Source: an uncultured Planctomycetales bacterium (GTDB taxonomy: Bacteria; Omnitrophota; Gorgyraeia; Zapsychrales; Fredricksoniimonadaceae). Taken from it: a stretch of 64,000 nt of DNA. The notes beneath the pieces are model-generated. The model was not told the origin of the DNA, did not search any database, and saw only the letters and a program-made list of their open reading frames with translations. How positions within the stretch are numbered: the stretch's first letter is position 1; each line of letters starts with the position of its first letter. Shown here in pieces: positions 18,968-28,968 of this stretch. The translations under genes and the position numbers were made by a program. Where the stretch lies: assembly GCA_964572155.1 (NCBI GenBank), contig CAZNDZ010000001.1:1146786-1210785 (forward strand), written 5' to 3'.

Positions 18968-20154
18968 CCATGAAAGAAATTTTAGAATCCTACAACGATC
19001 ATATTTTACTGACTTATACGCGTCAGCCCATTGTTTTTGTTAAAGGCAAGGGTTCGATATTGACGGATATGACGGGCAAAAAATATTTAGATTTTTTCCC
19101 AGGCTGGGGCGTGAGCAATTTAGGTCATTGCCATCCCAAGGTCATGGGCGCGGTGCGTGAACAAATTGGGAAGTTGATTCATATCCCGAATAATTTTTAT
19201 AATCCGCATCAAGCAAAGTTGGCGAAAGAACTAAATCGTATTGCATTTGCATCCAAAGTGTTTTTTTGCAATAGCGGTGCCGAAGCCAATGAAGCGGCGA
19301 TCAAATTTGTGCGTGCATGGGGACAGACTAAGAAGTTTGAAATCATCACCACCGTAAATGCTTTTCATGGTCGCACCATGGGAGCTTTGACCGCAACGCC
19401 TCAAGAAAAATATCAAAAGCCTTTTGTGCCATTGCTAGAAGGTTTTAAGCATGTGCCGTTTAATGATATTGATGCGCTTGAGAAGGCGATCACCCCGGCC
19501 ACAGCGGCGATCATGATTGAACTTGTGCAAGGTGAAGGCGGGATTAATGTGGCTACCAAAGAATATGTCCAAGCCATACGTAAGATCTGTGATGCAAAAA
19601 AGATTTTGTTTGTCGTTGATGAAGTGCAAACAGGCATGGCCCGTACAGGTAAGATGTTTGGATATGAAAATTATGGCATTACACCAGATATCATGACCTT
19701 AGCCAAAGCCTTGGGTGGCGGTTTACCCATTGGGGCGATGTTGGTTAAGAAAGATTTGGCTGATGTTTTTAAACCAGGGATGCATGGGTCAACCTTTGCG
19801 GGTAGTCCACTCGTTACTAAAGTTGCTTTAGGTGTTATCAAAGCAATTGGTGAAGATAAGATTTTATCAAATGTTAAAACCCAAGGTGCGTATTTGACCC
19901 AAAAGCTTGAGGGTTTAAAAACGAAACATCAAATCATCAAAGAAGTTCGTGGCTTAGGTTTGATGATTGGCGTCGAGTTAACCCAAGAGGGTGCGCAGAT
20001 TTTTAAGGAATGTTTAAATCGAGGACTCATTATTAACTGCACCCAAGGCAATGTGCTGCGCATCATGCCAGCTTTGAATGTCACCAAGCGGCAAATTGAT
20101 AAAGCCATCTTTATCTTGGACAAAGCCATGGAAACCGTAGGGAAAACATCATGA
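18964..20154 (+). CDS. argD: Acetylornithine aminotransferase
   Basis: Class-III aminotransferase motifs (FFCNSGAEANEAA, DEVQTGMARTG, LAKALGGG). Confidence 0.85.
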   Translation: MTMKEILESYNDHILLTYTRQPIVFVKGKGSILTDMTGKKYLDFFPGWGVSNLGHCHPKVMGAVREQIGKLIHIPNNFYNPHQAKLAKELNRIAFASKVFFCNSGAEANEAAIKFVRAWGQTKKFEIITTVNAFHGRTMGALTATPQEKYQKPFVPLLEGFKHVPFNDIDALEKAITPATAAIMIELVQGEGGINVATKEYVQAIRKICDAKKILFVVDEVQTGMARTGKMFGYENYGITPDIMTLAKALGGGLPIGAMLVKKDLADVFKPGMHGSTFAGSPLVTKVALGVIKAIGEDKILSNVKTQGAYLTQKLEGLKTKHQIIKEVRGLGLMIGVELTQEGAQIFKECLNRGLIINCTQGNVLRIMPALNVTKRQIDKAIFILDKAMETVGKTS

Positions 20155-21065
20155 AAAAAGATTTTATCAGCATGCTCGAATATACCCCAGCTGAAGTTCT
20201 AAAGCTGGTCGCTGTTGCCGATCAATTAAAGCGTCAAAAGGGCAAGATCCGCGCTGACCTTAAGGGTAAAAGTGTGGCTATGATTTTTCAAAAGCCGTCG
20301 AATCGTACCCGTGTATCATTTTCGGTGGGCGTACACGAGTTAGGTGGTCATAGTTTATATTTAGGCCCAGATGAAATTAGTTTAGGAAAACGTGAGACAA
20401 CGCATGATGTGGCAAAGACCTTATCGCGTTATGTTCAATGCATTGTGGCGCGCGTTTTTGATCATAAAGATATTGTTGATTTAGCCAAGCACGCTGATGT
20501 GCCTGTGATCAATGCCTTGTGCGATTTGTATCATCCTTGCCAAGCATTGGCAGATATTCAAACTATCAAGGAACACTTTGGTAAATTTAAAGGTTTAACA
20601 TTGGCCTATGTTGGCGACGGGAATAATGTGTTTCACTCATTAGCCATTGCTTGTGCCAAGGTTGGTATCAATGTGCGTTTTGCAGGGCCTAAGGGTTATG
20701 ATCCTAACCCCGCCATTTTAAAACAAGTGGAAGTGATCGCTAAAGCCAATGGTGCAACCGTTACATGTGGGCGTGATGCGAAGGCTGCGGTTAAGGGTGC
20801 GCATATCATTTATTCCGACGTGTGGGTAAGTATGGGGCAAGAAAAAGAAACAGCGCGTCGCATTAAAGAGTTTAAGGGTTATCAAATCAATGAAGCCTTG
20901 GTTTCTCTTGCAGCAAAAAATTATATTTTCATGCACTGTTTACCAGCGCATCGTGGTTTAGAAGTAACGGAAGGTGTGATTGACGGCAAACATTCTGTGA
21001 TCTTTGATCAAGCGGAAAATCGTTTGCATGCACAAAAAGCTGTCATGCTTAATTTGATTGGTTAA
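20151..21065 (+). CDS. argF: Ornithine carbamoyltransferase
   Basis: STRTR carbamoyl-phosphate motif (SNRTRVSF), HPCQ and HCLP motifs. Confidence 0.9.
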   Translation: MKKDFISMLEYTPAEVLKLVAVADQLKRQKGKIRADLKGKSVAMIFQKPSNRTRVSFSVGVHELGGHSLYLGPDEISLGKRETTHDVAKTLSRYVQCIVARVFDHKDIVDLAKHADVPVINALCDLYHPCQALADIQTIKEHFGKFKGLTLAYVGDGNNVFHSLAIACAKVGINVRFAGPKGYDPNPAILKQVEVIAKANGATVTCGRDAKAAVKGAHIIYSDVWVSMGQEKETARRIKEFKGYQINEALVSLAAKNYIFMHCLPAHRGLEVTEGVIDGKHSVIFDQAENRLHAQKAVMLNLIG

Positions 21066-21085
21066 TTAACGATAGTGAGGACAAA

Positions 21086-22249
21086 ATGAAAAAAGTTGTA
21101 TTAGCTTACTCAGGTGGTTTGGACACATCATGTTTGATCCGTTGGTATAAAGATAAAGGTTATGACGTCGTCGCGTTCATGGCCGACGTTGGTCAAGGCA
21201 GTGATTTTAAATTGATTGAAAAACGAGCGCTGGCAACCGGTGCGTCTAAAGTTTACATCATGGATTTGAAAGAAGAATTCGTGAAAGATTATGTTTTTCC
21301 TGCTATCAAGGCCAATGCAGTTTATGAAGGAAAATATTTTTTAGCGACGGCTTTATCTCGTCCGTTGATTGCCAAGCATCAAGTCGCTGTGGCTAAAAAA
21401 GAAAAAGCCAATGCGATTGCGCATGGGTGTACAGGTAAGGGTAATGATCAAGTGCGTTTTGAAGTGACGGCGAAAATCTTAGCACCGCACTTAGAGTTAC
21501 TCGCACCATTACGCACATGGGAATTTAAAACCCGTGAACAAGAAATTGATTATGCCTTAAAGCATAAAATCCCCATCGATGTGAGCAAAAAGAGCCCATA
21601 CTCGACGGATATTAATTTATATGGTCGTTCCATTGAATGCGGTGTGTTGGAAGATCCTTGGGTTGAGCCACCTGAAGAAATTTATGCCATGACCAAAGAT
21701 CCCATGAAATGTCCTAACAAACCTGAGTATGTTGAAATTGAATTTGCTAAAGGCATTCCGGTTAAAGTTAATGGCAAGGCCTATAAGCCTGTTGAGTTAT
21801 TGATTAAGCTCAATGAAATTGGCGGGCGTAACGGGGTTGGTCGTGTTGATATGGTCGAGAATCGTTTGGTTGGGATTAAATCGCGTGAGATTTATGAAAA
21901 CCCAGCAGGTACGCTGCTTATGAGCGCACACAAAGAACTCGAAGCCATGGTTTTAGATCGTGAGACATTGCACTATAAAGAATTGATTTCTCCTCGGTAT
22001 GCGGAGCTTACCTATTACGGATTGTGGGAAACACCACTCAAGCAACAATTAGATGCGTATATCAACAAAACACAAGAACGCGTCAGTGGTGTTGTGCGTT
22101 TGAAATTGTATAAAGGTAATTCTTCCGTCGTGGGACGCAAGTCACCTTTCTCACGTTATAAGGAAGAATTAGCAACTTATGGGGATAAGGATATCTTTGA
22201 TCCAAAATTATCCGAAGGTTTTATTCGCATCTGGGGCATGCCTTACTAA
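21086..22249 (+). CDS. argG: Argininosuccinate synthase
   Basis: AYSGGLDTS PP-loop and GCTGKGNDQVRFE motif. Confidence 0.95.
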   Translation: MKKVVLAYSGGLDTSCLIRWYKDKGYDVVAFMADVGQGSDFKLIEKRALATGASKVYIMDLKEEFVKDYVFPAIKANAVYEGKYFLATALSRPLIAKHQVAVAKKEKANAIAHGCTGKGNDQVRFEVTAKILAPHLELLAPLRTWEFKTREQEIDYALKHKIPIDVSKKSPYSTDINLYGRSIECGVLEDPWVEPPEEIYAMTKDPMKCPNKPEYVEIEFAKGIPVKVNGKAYKPVELLIKLNEIGGRNGVGRVDMVENRLVGIKSREIYENPAGTLLMSAHKELEAMVLDRETLHYKELISPRYAELTYYGLWETPLKQQLDAYINKTQERVSGVVRLKLYKGNSSVVGRKSPFSRYKEELATYGDKDIFDPKLSEGFIRIWGMPY

Positions 22250-22260
22250 AAGGGGAGCAC

Positions 22261-23637
22261 ATGGCTAAATTATGGGGTGCACGATTTTCTGGTGGTAGTG
22301 ATAAGCTAGCGGATTTATTTACCTTTAGCATTAGCTACGATTATCGCCTTGCACAATATGATTGTGTGGGTTCGATTGCTCATGCCTTGATGTTGGGCAA
22401 GCAGGGCATTATCACCAAAGCAGAAGCACAAAAAATCGTTGCGGGTTTAACCAAGATATTGAATCAAATTAAAGCAGGTAAGTTTAAATTTGATCCCAAA
22501 GCCGAGGATGTGCATACCAATATTCAGCAAGCGCTTAAGAAATTGATTGGCGCGCCGGCGGATAAATTGCATACCGCACGTTCTCGCAATGATCAAGTGG
22601 TGCTTGATGTGAAATTATATTGCATCGATCATATTGATCAAATGGTTAGCGCGATTACACATTTACAAAAAGCTATTCTTGGGTTTGCCACACGTAATGG
22701 GGATGTCATCATCCCTGCATATACGCATTTGCAAGGTGCTCAAGTGGTTTTGTTGGCGCATCATATGTTGGCTTATATTGAAATGCTCGAACGTGATAAA
22801 ACACGTTTGCAAGATGCGTTCATGCGTTTTAATACATTGCCGCTAGGAAGTTGCGCCTTATCTGGCACGTCGCTAAAGATAGACCGTTTAAGCGTTGCTA
22901 AAACCCTCGGGTTTGCCAGCGTTGCTAATAATAGCATGGATGTGGTGAGCTCTCGTGATTTTATTGCCGAGATCATATTCGATTGCGCTCAAAATGCCGT
23001 GCATTTATCTCGCATCAGCGAGGATTTAATCCTTTGGGCGACCAAAGAATTTGATTTTGTCGATATTGACATGTCCATGTGCACGGGCTCGTCGATCATG
23101 CCGCACAAGAAAAACCCTGACGTATTAGAGTTGTTGCGCGGTAGCAGTGCAAAATTGATAGCGAATTCAAATGCAATTTTGACCTTACAAAAAGGCTTAT
23201 CGTTAACATATAACCGTGATCTGCAATTAGATAAACCGCCATTGTTTGAGAGTGTTGAAACCACGGAAAATGCTTTGGCCGTATTAGCCAAGTTATTTTC
23301 GACGTTAAAAATGAAAAAACAAAATGTGGCCGCGCGTGTTGATGATGAAAGTTTCTTTAGTGTGGATGTGATGGATTATTTGATCAAAAAAGGCGTGTCA
23401 TACCGCGATGCCCATGACATTTTAGGTCGCATGGTGAAAGATTGTTTAGATAAAGGACAAAAGATCAGTGATCTTTCTAGTAAGGCGTTAAAAGCTTATT
23501 CACCACACTTTAGCGATGATGTAAAAAAACTTTTCAATGCCAAAATGTCTGTTACAATTAAATCTTCTTTGGGTTCAACAAATCCAAAATTAGTTGCTGT
23601 GCAAATAGCACAATGGAGTAAGAAATTACATGCATGA
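22261..23637 (+). CDS. argH: Argininosuccinate lyase
   Basis: LWGARF N-terminus, fumarate-lyase signature GSSIMPHKKNPD. Confidence 0.95.
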   Translation: MAKLWGARFSGGSDKLADLFTFSISYDYRLAQYDCVGSIAHALMLGKQGIITKAEAQKIVAGLTKILNQIKAGKFKFDPKAEDVHTNIQQALKKLIGAPADKLHTARSRNDQVVLDVKLYCIDHIDQMVSAITHLQKAILGFATRNGDVIIPAYTHLQGAQVVLLAHHMLAYIEMLERDKTRLQDAFMRFNTLPLGSCALSGTSLKIDRLSVAKTLGFASVANNSMDVVSSRDFIAEIIFDCAQNAVHLSRISEDLILWATKEFDFVDIDMSMCTGSSIMPHKKNPDVLELLRGSSAKLIANSNAILTLQKGLSLTYNRDLQLDKPPLFESVETTENALAVLAKLFSTLKMKKQNVAARVDDESFFSVDVMDYLIKKGVSYRDAHDILGRMVKDCLDKGQKISDLSSKALKAYSPHFSDDVKKLFNAKMSVTIKSSLGSTNPKLVAVQIAQWSKKLHA

Positions 23638-24886
23638 TTTTAATTTTAAGAACAATGAATTGTTCTGTGAGAATGTAAAAGTATCGACGATCGCATCCAA
23701 AGTTGGGACGCCGTTCTATCTATATAGCTACAAGACCATCGCAGATCATTTCACCAAAATTCAAAAAGCCTTTGCACCGCTTAACCCAATCATTTGTTTT
23801 GCCATGAAAGCCAATGGTAATTTGGCGATCATCAAAAGTTTGGTTGATTTAGGGGCGGGGATTGACATTGTTTCAAAGGGTGAGCTTGAAAAAGCATTAA
23901 TGGTTGGGGCAGATCCAAAGAAAATTGTTTTTGCCTCTGTTGGTAAAACCGATGATGAGATTTCATTTGCGTTAAAGACAGGCATTCTATTCTTTAATGT
24001 GGAGTCAAAACCAGAGCTTGAACGCATTAATGCCGTTGCTAAGAAATTAAACAAACGTGCCCAAGTGGCGTTGCGCATTAATCCCGATGTCCCAGCACCA
24101 ACACATGAATATATCACGACGGGATCCTTAAAGAAAAAGTTTGGTATTGATTTGCGCACTACAAAAGCCATTTTCAAAGATCGTAAAACCTATCCATTTA
24201 TCGATATCAGTGGCGTGCACATTCACATTGGTTCTCAGATTACCGAAGGTGCACCGTTTGTCAATGCGATTAAGAAAGTCATTAAATTTATAGAGGAATT
24301 AAAAAGCGAGGGTGTAAAGCTTGAATATTTAGATATCGGTGGTGGGCTTGGTATCATCTACAAAGATGAAAAACCACAAAGTGCAGCAGATTATGCGGCC
24401 AAGGTTGTGCCGCTGTTAGCTAAGACGGGTTTAAAAATTATCATGGAGCCTGGGCGATTTATTGTTGGTAATGCCGGTATTTTTGTGACCAAGGTTTTAT
24501 ATGTGAAGGACAATGGTGTCAAGCGTTTCGTCATCGTAGACGGTGGTATGAATGATTTGATTCGTCCGATGTTGTATGATGCGTATCATGAAATTGTTCC
24601 TGTTAAGAATGTAAAAGCACCAAAGGTTAAAGTTGATGTGGTAGGACCAATCTGTGAGAGTGGCGACTTTTTTGCGCATGACCGCATGTTACCTAAAGTC
24701 GGCGCCAATGACTTGCTTGCTGTCATGAGTGCGGGTGCTTATGGGTATGTCATGGCCAGCAACTATAATGTGCGTGGTCGTGTTCCAGAAATCATGGTTA
24801 AGGGTAATAAATTTGAAACCACAAAAGATCGTGAAACATTTAAAGATTTGATAAAGGGTGAAAGAATCCCATCTTTCTTAAAATAA
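23630..24886 (+). CDS. lysA: Diaminopimelate decarboxylase
   Basis: PLP Lys motif (FAMKAN), HIHIGSQ, and EPGRFIVGNAG Orn/DAP-decarboxylase motifs. Confidence 0.9.
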   Translation: MHDFNFKNNELFCENVKVSTIASKVGTPFYLYSYKTIADHFTKIQKAFAPLNPIICFAMKANGNLAIIKSLVDLGAGIDIVSKGELEKALMVGADPKKIVFASVGKTDDEISFALKTGILFFNVESKPELERINAVAKKLNKRAQVALRINPDVPAPTHEYITTGSLKKKFGIDLRTTKAIFKDRKTYPFIDISGVHIHIGSQITEGAPFVNAIKKVIKFIEELKSEGVKLEYLDIGGGLGIIYKDEKPQSAADYAAKVVPLLAKTGLKIIMEPGRFIVGNAGIFVTKVLYVKDNGVKRFVIVDGGMNDLIRPMLYDAYHEIVPVKNVKAPKVKVDVVGPICESGDFFAHDRMLPKVGANDLLAVMSAGAYGYVMASNYNVRGRVPEIMVKGNKFETTKDRETFKDLIKGERIPSFLK

Positions 24887-24887
24887 T

Positions 24888-25733
24888 ATGAAAGTTCCTT
24901 TTGTAAAAATGGTTGGTGCGGGCAATGATTTTATCGTCATTGAGCCAAACCCAAAATTAGATTATGTGGCCTTCACCAAACAGGTATGCGCCCGTAATTT
25001 TGGTATTGGGGCTGACGGCGTTTTGGTTTTAGATAAAAGCAAATCCAGCGATTATCGTATGCGCATCATCAATGCTGATGGCTCAGAGGCGGAGATGTGC
25101 GGCAATGGCGCACGTTGCATGGCCGCTTACATTGTGGCTCATCATGCACCAAAAAAGAAATTCTTTGGCATGGAAACCTTGGCCGGTGAAATCTTAGCTG
25201 AAGCGAAAGGCGAAGAAGCCTGCGTGCGTCTGTCTAACCCTAAAGATTATCAACCTAATATTGATATCAAGGTTGATGGCAAGGTCATGACGGTGCACTA
25301 TATTGATACCGGTGTACCGCACGTGATTGTCTTTGTTGAAGGGTTGCAAGAAGTTAATGTTAATGCGTTAGGTCGTGTCATTCGCAATCACCAACGTTTT
25401 GCCCCTCGTGGGACAAATGTTAACTTTGTCGAAGCAGCCTCGAAGGCAGGCGGTAAAGGCCAGAATGCCATGGTCACCGTGCGTACCTATGAGCGTGGTG
25501 TTGAAGCGGAAACATTGGCATGTGGTACAGGTTCTGTGGCTGCAGCTTTGGTTTCATTTATGCAATTGAATCCCACGGTCAAAGAAAAAAAAGGTGCGGC
25601 TATTAAAGTTTTAACGTCGAGCAAAGAAGTTTTAGAAGTGGCATTTGACTTGCATAAAGATGGCAAGATCGATAATGTTTGGTTATACGGCACAGCAAAA
25701 ACAATCGCCGAGGGCGAGTATTACTATCATTAG
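24888..25733 (+). CDS. dapF: Diaminopimelate epimerase
   Basis: MVGAGNDFIVIE N-terminus, catalytic Cys motifs (CGNGARC and ACGTGSVA). Confidence 0.9.
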   Translation: MKVPFVKMVGAGNDFIVIEPNPKLDYVAFTKQVCARNFGIGADGVLVLDKSKSSDYRMRIINADGSEAEMCGNGARCMAAYIVAHHAPKKKFFGMETLAGEILAEAKGEEACVRLSNPKDYQPNIDIKVDGKVMTVHYIDTGVPHVIVFVEGLQEVNVNALGRVIRNHQRFAPRGTNVNFVEAASKAGGKGQNAMVTVRTYERGVEAETLACGTGSVAAALVSFMQLNPTVKEKKGAAIKVLTSSKEVLEVAFDLHKDGKIDNVWLYGTAKTIAEGEYYYH

Positions 25734-25745
25734 GAGAGCGTATAA

Positions 25746-26630
25746 ATGTTCAAAGGTTCAATCGTTGCGTTAGTCACACCGTTTAAAGGCGATCACATTG
25801 ATGAGGCAGCCTATAAAAAATTAGTAGAGTTTCAAATCAAAGAAGGGACCAGTGGCATTGTTCCTTGTGGTACAACGGGTGAATCGCCAACGCTAAGTGC
25901 CGATGAGCATGCACAGGTTGTCAAGGTTTGTATCGACGCTGTAAAAGGACGTATCCCTGTTATTGCTGGAACAGGTTCTAATTCAACTGCTGAAGCTGTT
26001 GCTTACACAAAGCATGCTGCCAAAGCAGGCGCAGATGCCGTCTTGGTTGTCACGCCTTACTATAATAAGCCAACAAATAAAGGCATATATCTGCATTATA
26101 AAGCTATTGCAGAATCTGCTAAGATTCCCATCATTTTATATAATATTGCTGGTCGAACAGCACGTAATATAGAACCAGACTTGATTGCAAAATTAGCCCA
26201 TGATTTTAAAAACATCGTTGGTGTTAAAGAGGCGTCGGGTTCTTTAGAGCAAATGTTGCGCATCAAAGAACTTTGTCCAAAGAACTTTGACTTAATGTCT
26301 GGCGACGATGCCTTAACGTTGCCTATCTTGGCTATTGGTGGTACAGGTGTTATTTCTGTGGCAGCCAATATTGTGCCGCGAGATATCGCCAATTTAATCA
26401 CAGCTTTTGAAAGTGGTGATTTAGCTAAAGCACAAGCCATCAATATGAAATTAATGCCACTCATTCGCGCCTTATTTATTGAGACAAATCCTATTCCTGT
26501 CAAAACAGCGACATCTCTGATGGGTTATGGCAGTGCTGATTTGCGTCTACCGATGTGTGCGATCGAAGACACAAATTTGGATAAGCTAAAGAGCGCGTTG
26601 AAACAATATGGGATTAAATTAAAAGGATAA
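25746..26630 (+). CDS. dapA: 4-hydroxy-tetrahydrodipicolinate synthase
   Basis: VALVTPF, GIVPCGTTGESPTLS, and YNIAGRT motifs. 294 aa. Confidence 0.9.
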   Translation: MFKGSIVALVTPFKGDHIDEAAYKKLVEFQIKEGTSGIVPCGTTGESPTLSADEHAQVVKVCIDAVKGRIPVIAGTGSNSTAEAVAYTKHAAKAGADAVLVVTPYYNKPTNKGIYLHYKAIAESAKIPIILYNIAGRTARNIEPDLIAKLAHDFKNIVGVKEASGSLEQMLRIKELCPKNFDLMSGDDALTLPILAIGGTGVISVAANIVPRDIANLITAFESGDLAKAQAINMKLMPLIRALFIETNPIPVKTATSLMGYGSADLRLPMCAIEDTNLDKLKSALKQYGIKLKG

Positions 26631-26633
26631 GAC

Positions 26634-27353
26634 ATGATTAAATTAGCTGTTTCAGGTTGTCAGGGACGCATGGGTCAACGCATCACCGCATTGGCTTTAG
26701 CGGATAAGGCGTTTAAAATTTCAGCGTTATTAGAAAATAAAAATCGTCCTGATGTTCCATTGCTCAGCAACCAAATCCCTGTCAATTTTGATCCTAATGC
26801 TTTAAAGGGAAGTAAGGTCTTAATTGAATTTACGTCGCCTGAAGCAACCATGGAGCATTTAAAGATTTGCCAAAAATATGGCGTTAATATGGTCATTGGC
26901 ACAACAGGTTTAACTAAGCCACAAATTGCCCATATTAAAAAGGCGTCATCAAAGATTGCCATCGTTTTTTCGTCGAACATGTCAGTTGGAGTTAACTTGG
27001 TTTTTGGCTTAATCAAAAGAGCTGCAGAGATCACTGGTAAGAATTACACCATGAATTTAACAGAAACGCATCACGTACATAAAAAAGATGCGCCGTCGGG
27101 TACAGCTAAGACCATGGCGGAAGTTGCCGAACAATATTCTAAAACCAAAGTTAAAAATATTGAGTCTTTAAGAGAAGGTGAAGTTATTGGAGATCACACG
27201 ATTACTTTTGAAAGTGGTGTTGATTTAATTTCCATTCATCATCATGCAAAGACGCGGGATATCTTTGCTGAAGGTTCACTCGTGGCTGCTAAGTTTTTAG
27301 GTAACAAGAAAAAAGGTTTGTATAACATGCAAGATGTATTAGGCATTAAATAA
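26634..27353 (+). CDS. dapB: 4-hydroxy-tetrahydrodipicolinate reductase
   Basis: KLAVSGCQGRMGQ N-terminus and the E.HH..K.D.PSGTA motif (ETHHVHKKDAPSGTA). Confidence 0.9.
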   Translation: MIKLAVSGCQGRMGQRITALALADKAFKISALLENKNRPDVPLLSNQIPVNFDPNALKGSKVLIEFTSPEATMEHLKICQKYGVNMVIGTTGLTKPQIAHIKKASSKIAIVFSSNMSVGVNLVFGLIKRAAEITGKNYTMNLTETHHVHKKDAPSGTAKTMAEVAEQYSKTKVKNIESLREGEVIGDHTITFESGVDLISIHHHAKTRDIFAEGSLVAAKFLGNKKKGLYNMQDVLGIK

Positions 27354-27364
27354 CAGGAGTTTAC

Positions 27365-28543
27365 ATGAGCGCTGAGACAGCATTTAAAATTGAATTTTCT
27401 GATCGTTTAAAATCATTGCCACCATATTTGTTCGTCGAGATTGATAAAGCCAAGCGTGCTGCGATGGCTCAAGGCCGTGATGTTATTAATTTAGGTGTGG
27501 GTGATCCAGATCAACGCACCCATCAGCCGATCATTGATGCGTTAAACAAAGCTTCTCAAGATGTGAACAATCATCATTATCCCTTTGATGCTGGCGTGCC
27601 TCAACTCCGAACTGAAATCGCCAAATGGTTTAAAGGACGTTTTGGTGTTGAGCTTGATCCAATGACAGAATTGTATCCGTTAATTGGTTCTAAAGAAGGT
27701 ATTGCTCATTTGCCTTTGGGTATCATTAATCCAGGCGATAAAGTCGTTTTGACTGAGCCTGCCTACCCAGCATACCAAGCAGCCGTCACCTTTGCCGGCG
27801 GGAAGATACAGTATTTGCCTTTAAAAGCAGGCAATGGTTTCTTACCACGCATTGAAGATATCGAAGCGCTTAAAGATGTCAAAGCCATCTTTGTTTGCTA
27901 TCCAAATAATCCAACAGCAGCGATTGCCGATAAGAAATTTTATCAAGAGTTGGTCAACGTTTGTAAGGCCAAAGGCATTATCATCGTCTCTGACCTTGCT
28001 TATTCTGAAGTTTATTATGATGGGATTAAGCCTCCAAGTATTTTAGAAATTGAAGGGGCGAAAGATATTGCCATTGAATTTCATTCATTTTCAAAAACAT
28101 ATTTTATGACAGGTTGGCGTTTAGGTTGGGCTTGTGGTAATCCAACACTTGTTGCAGCGCTCGCTAAAGTTAAATCCAATTGTGATTCCGGTGTTTTTAA
28201 TGCCATCCAATATGCAGGGATTGCGGCATTGAATATGGATCCCCGTGATATTGAAGATATGCGCGCCGAATATCAAATGCGTCGTGACGCGTTGATCAAT
28301 GGATTACGTGGCATTGGCTGGAAGATCGATCCTCCCAAAGCAGCCTTTTATGTTTGGGCTAAAATACCATCGAAGTTTGCTGATTCCATGGAATGCTGCA
28401 AGGCATTTTTAGATCAAGCGGATATCGTGGTGACCCCAGGGGTTGGTTTTGGTAAAGCGGGTGAAGGTTATGTGCGCATGGCACTGACATTGCCAGTTGA
28501 CCGTATCAACCAAGCCGTAAGCCGATTAGCCAAGATCTTGTAG
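27365..28543 (+). CDS. dapL: LL-diaminopimelate aminotransferase (class I/II aminotransferase). Assigned as DapL from its position in the dapA-dapB-(dapL)-dapF-lysA set.
   Basis: PLP-Lys motif SFSKTYFMTGWRLGW, LPPYLF N-terminus, 392 aa, in a lysine operon with no dapD/dapC/dapE. Confidence 0.6.
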   Translation: MSAETAFKIEFSDRLKSLPPYLFVEIDKAKRAAMAQGRDVINLGVGDPDQRTHQPIIDALNKASQDVNNHHYPFDAGVPQLRTEIAKWFKGRFGVELDPMTELYPLIGSKEGIAHLPLGIINPGDKVVLTEPAYPAYQAAVTFAGGKIQYLPLKAGNGFLPRIEDIEALKDVKAIFVCYPNNPTAAIADKKFYQELVNVCKAKGIIIVSDLAYSEVYYDGIKPPSILEIEGAKDIAIEFHSFSKTYFMTGWRLGWACGNPTLVAALAKVKSNCDSGVFNAIQYAGIAALNMDPRDIEDMRAEYQMRRDALINGLRGIGWKIDPPKAAFYVWAKIPSKFADSMECCKAFLDQADIVVTPGVGFGKAGEGYVRMALTLPVDRINQAVSRLAKIL

Positions 28544-28548
28544 GACAT

Positions 28549-28968
28549 ATGCCCATTGCTTATTTAAGCTTAGGTTCTAATTTAGGTGATCGCAGTGATT
28601 ATATTCAACGTGCCTTGCTTCTCTTAGGAGAGCAAGGCATTGTTGTTAAAACGTCCTCCATCATTGAAACAGAACCGGTGGGTGGGCCTAAACAAGGCCA
28701 ATATTTAAATGCCGTAGTCAAATATGAAACTACATTATCGGTCGAAGAACTATTTTTGCTTACTTCAAATATTGAGAAACAATTAGGTCGAATCCGCAAG
28801 TTAAAGAATGGCCCGCGCGTCATTGATATTGATATTTTATTGTATGAAGATGTAAAATTAATCACCAAAGATTTAATCGTACCGCATCCGCGCATGTTTG
28901 AACGAGATTTTGTCATGCGCCCACTTAAACAAATAGAGCCAGCATTATGCGCGTCATTCGCAATATAA
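28549..28968 (+). CDS. folK: Hydroxymethyldihydropterin pyrophosphokinase (HPPK)
   Basis: AYLSLGSNLGDR N-terminus, ETEPVGGP, IDIDILLY motifs. 139 aa. Confidence 0.9.
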   Translation: MPIAYLSLGSNLGDRSDYIQRALLLLGEQGIVVKTSSIIETEPVGGPKQGQYLNAVVKYETTLSVEELFLLTSNIEKQLGRIRKLKNGPRVIDIDILLYEDVKLITKDLIVPHPRMFERDFVMRPLKQIEPALCASFAI

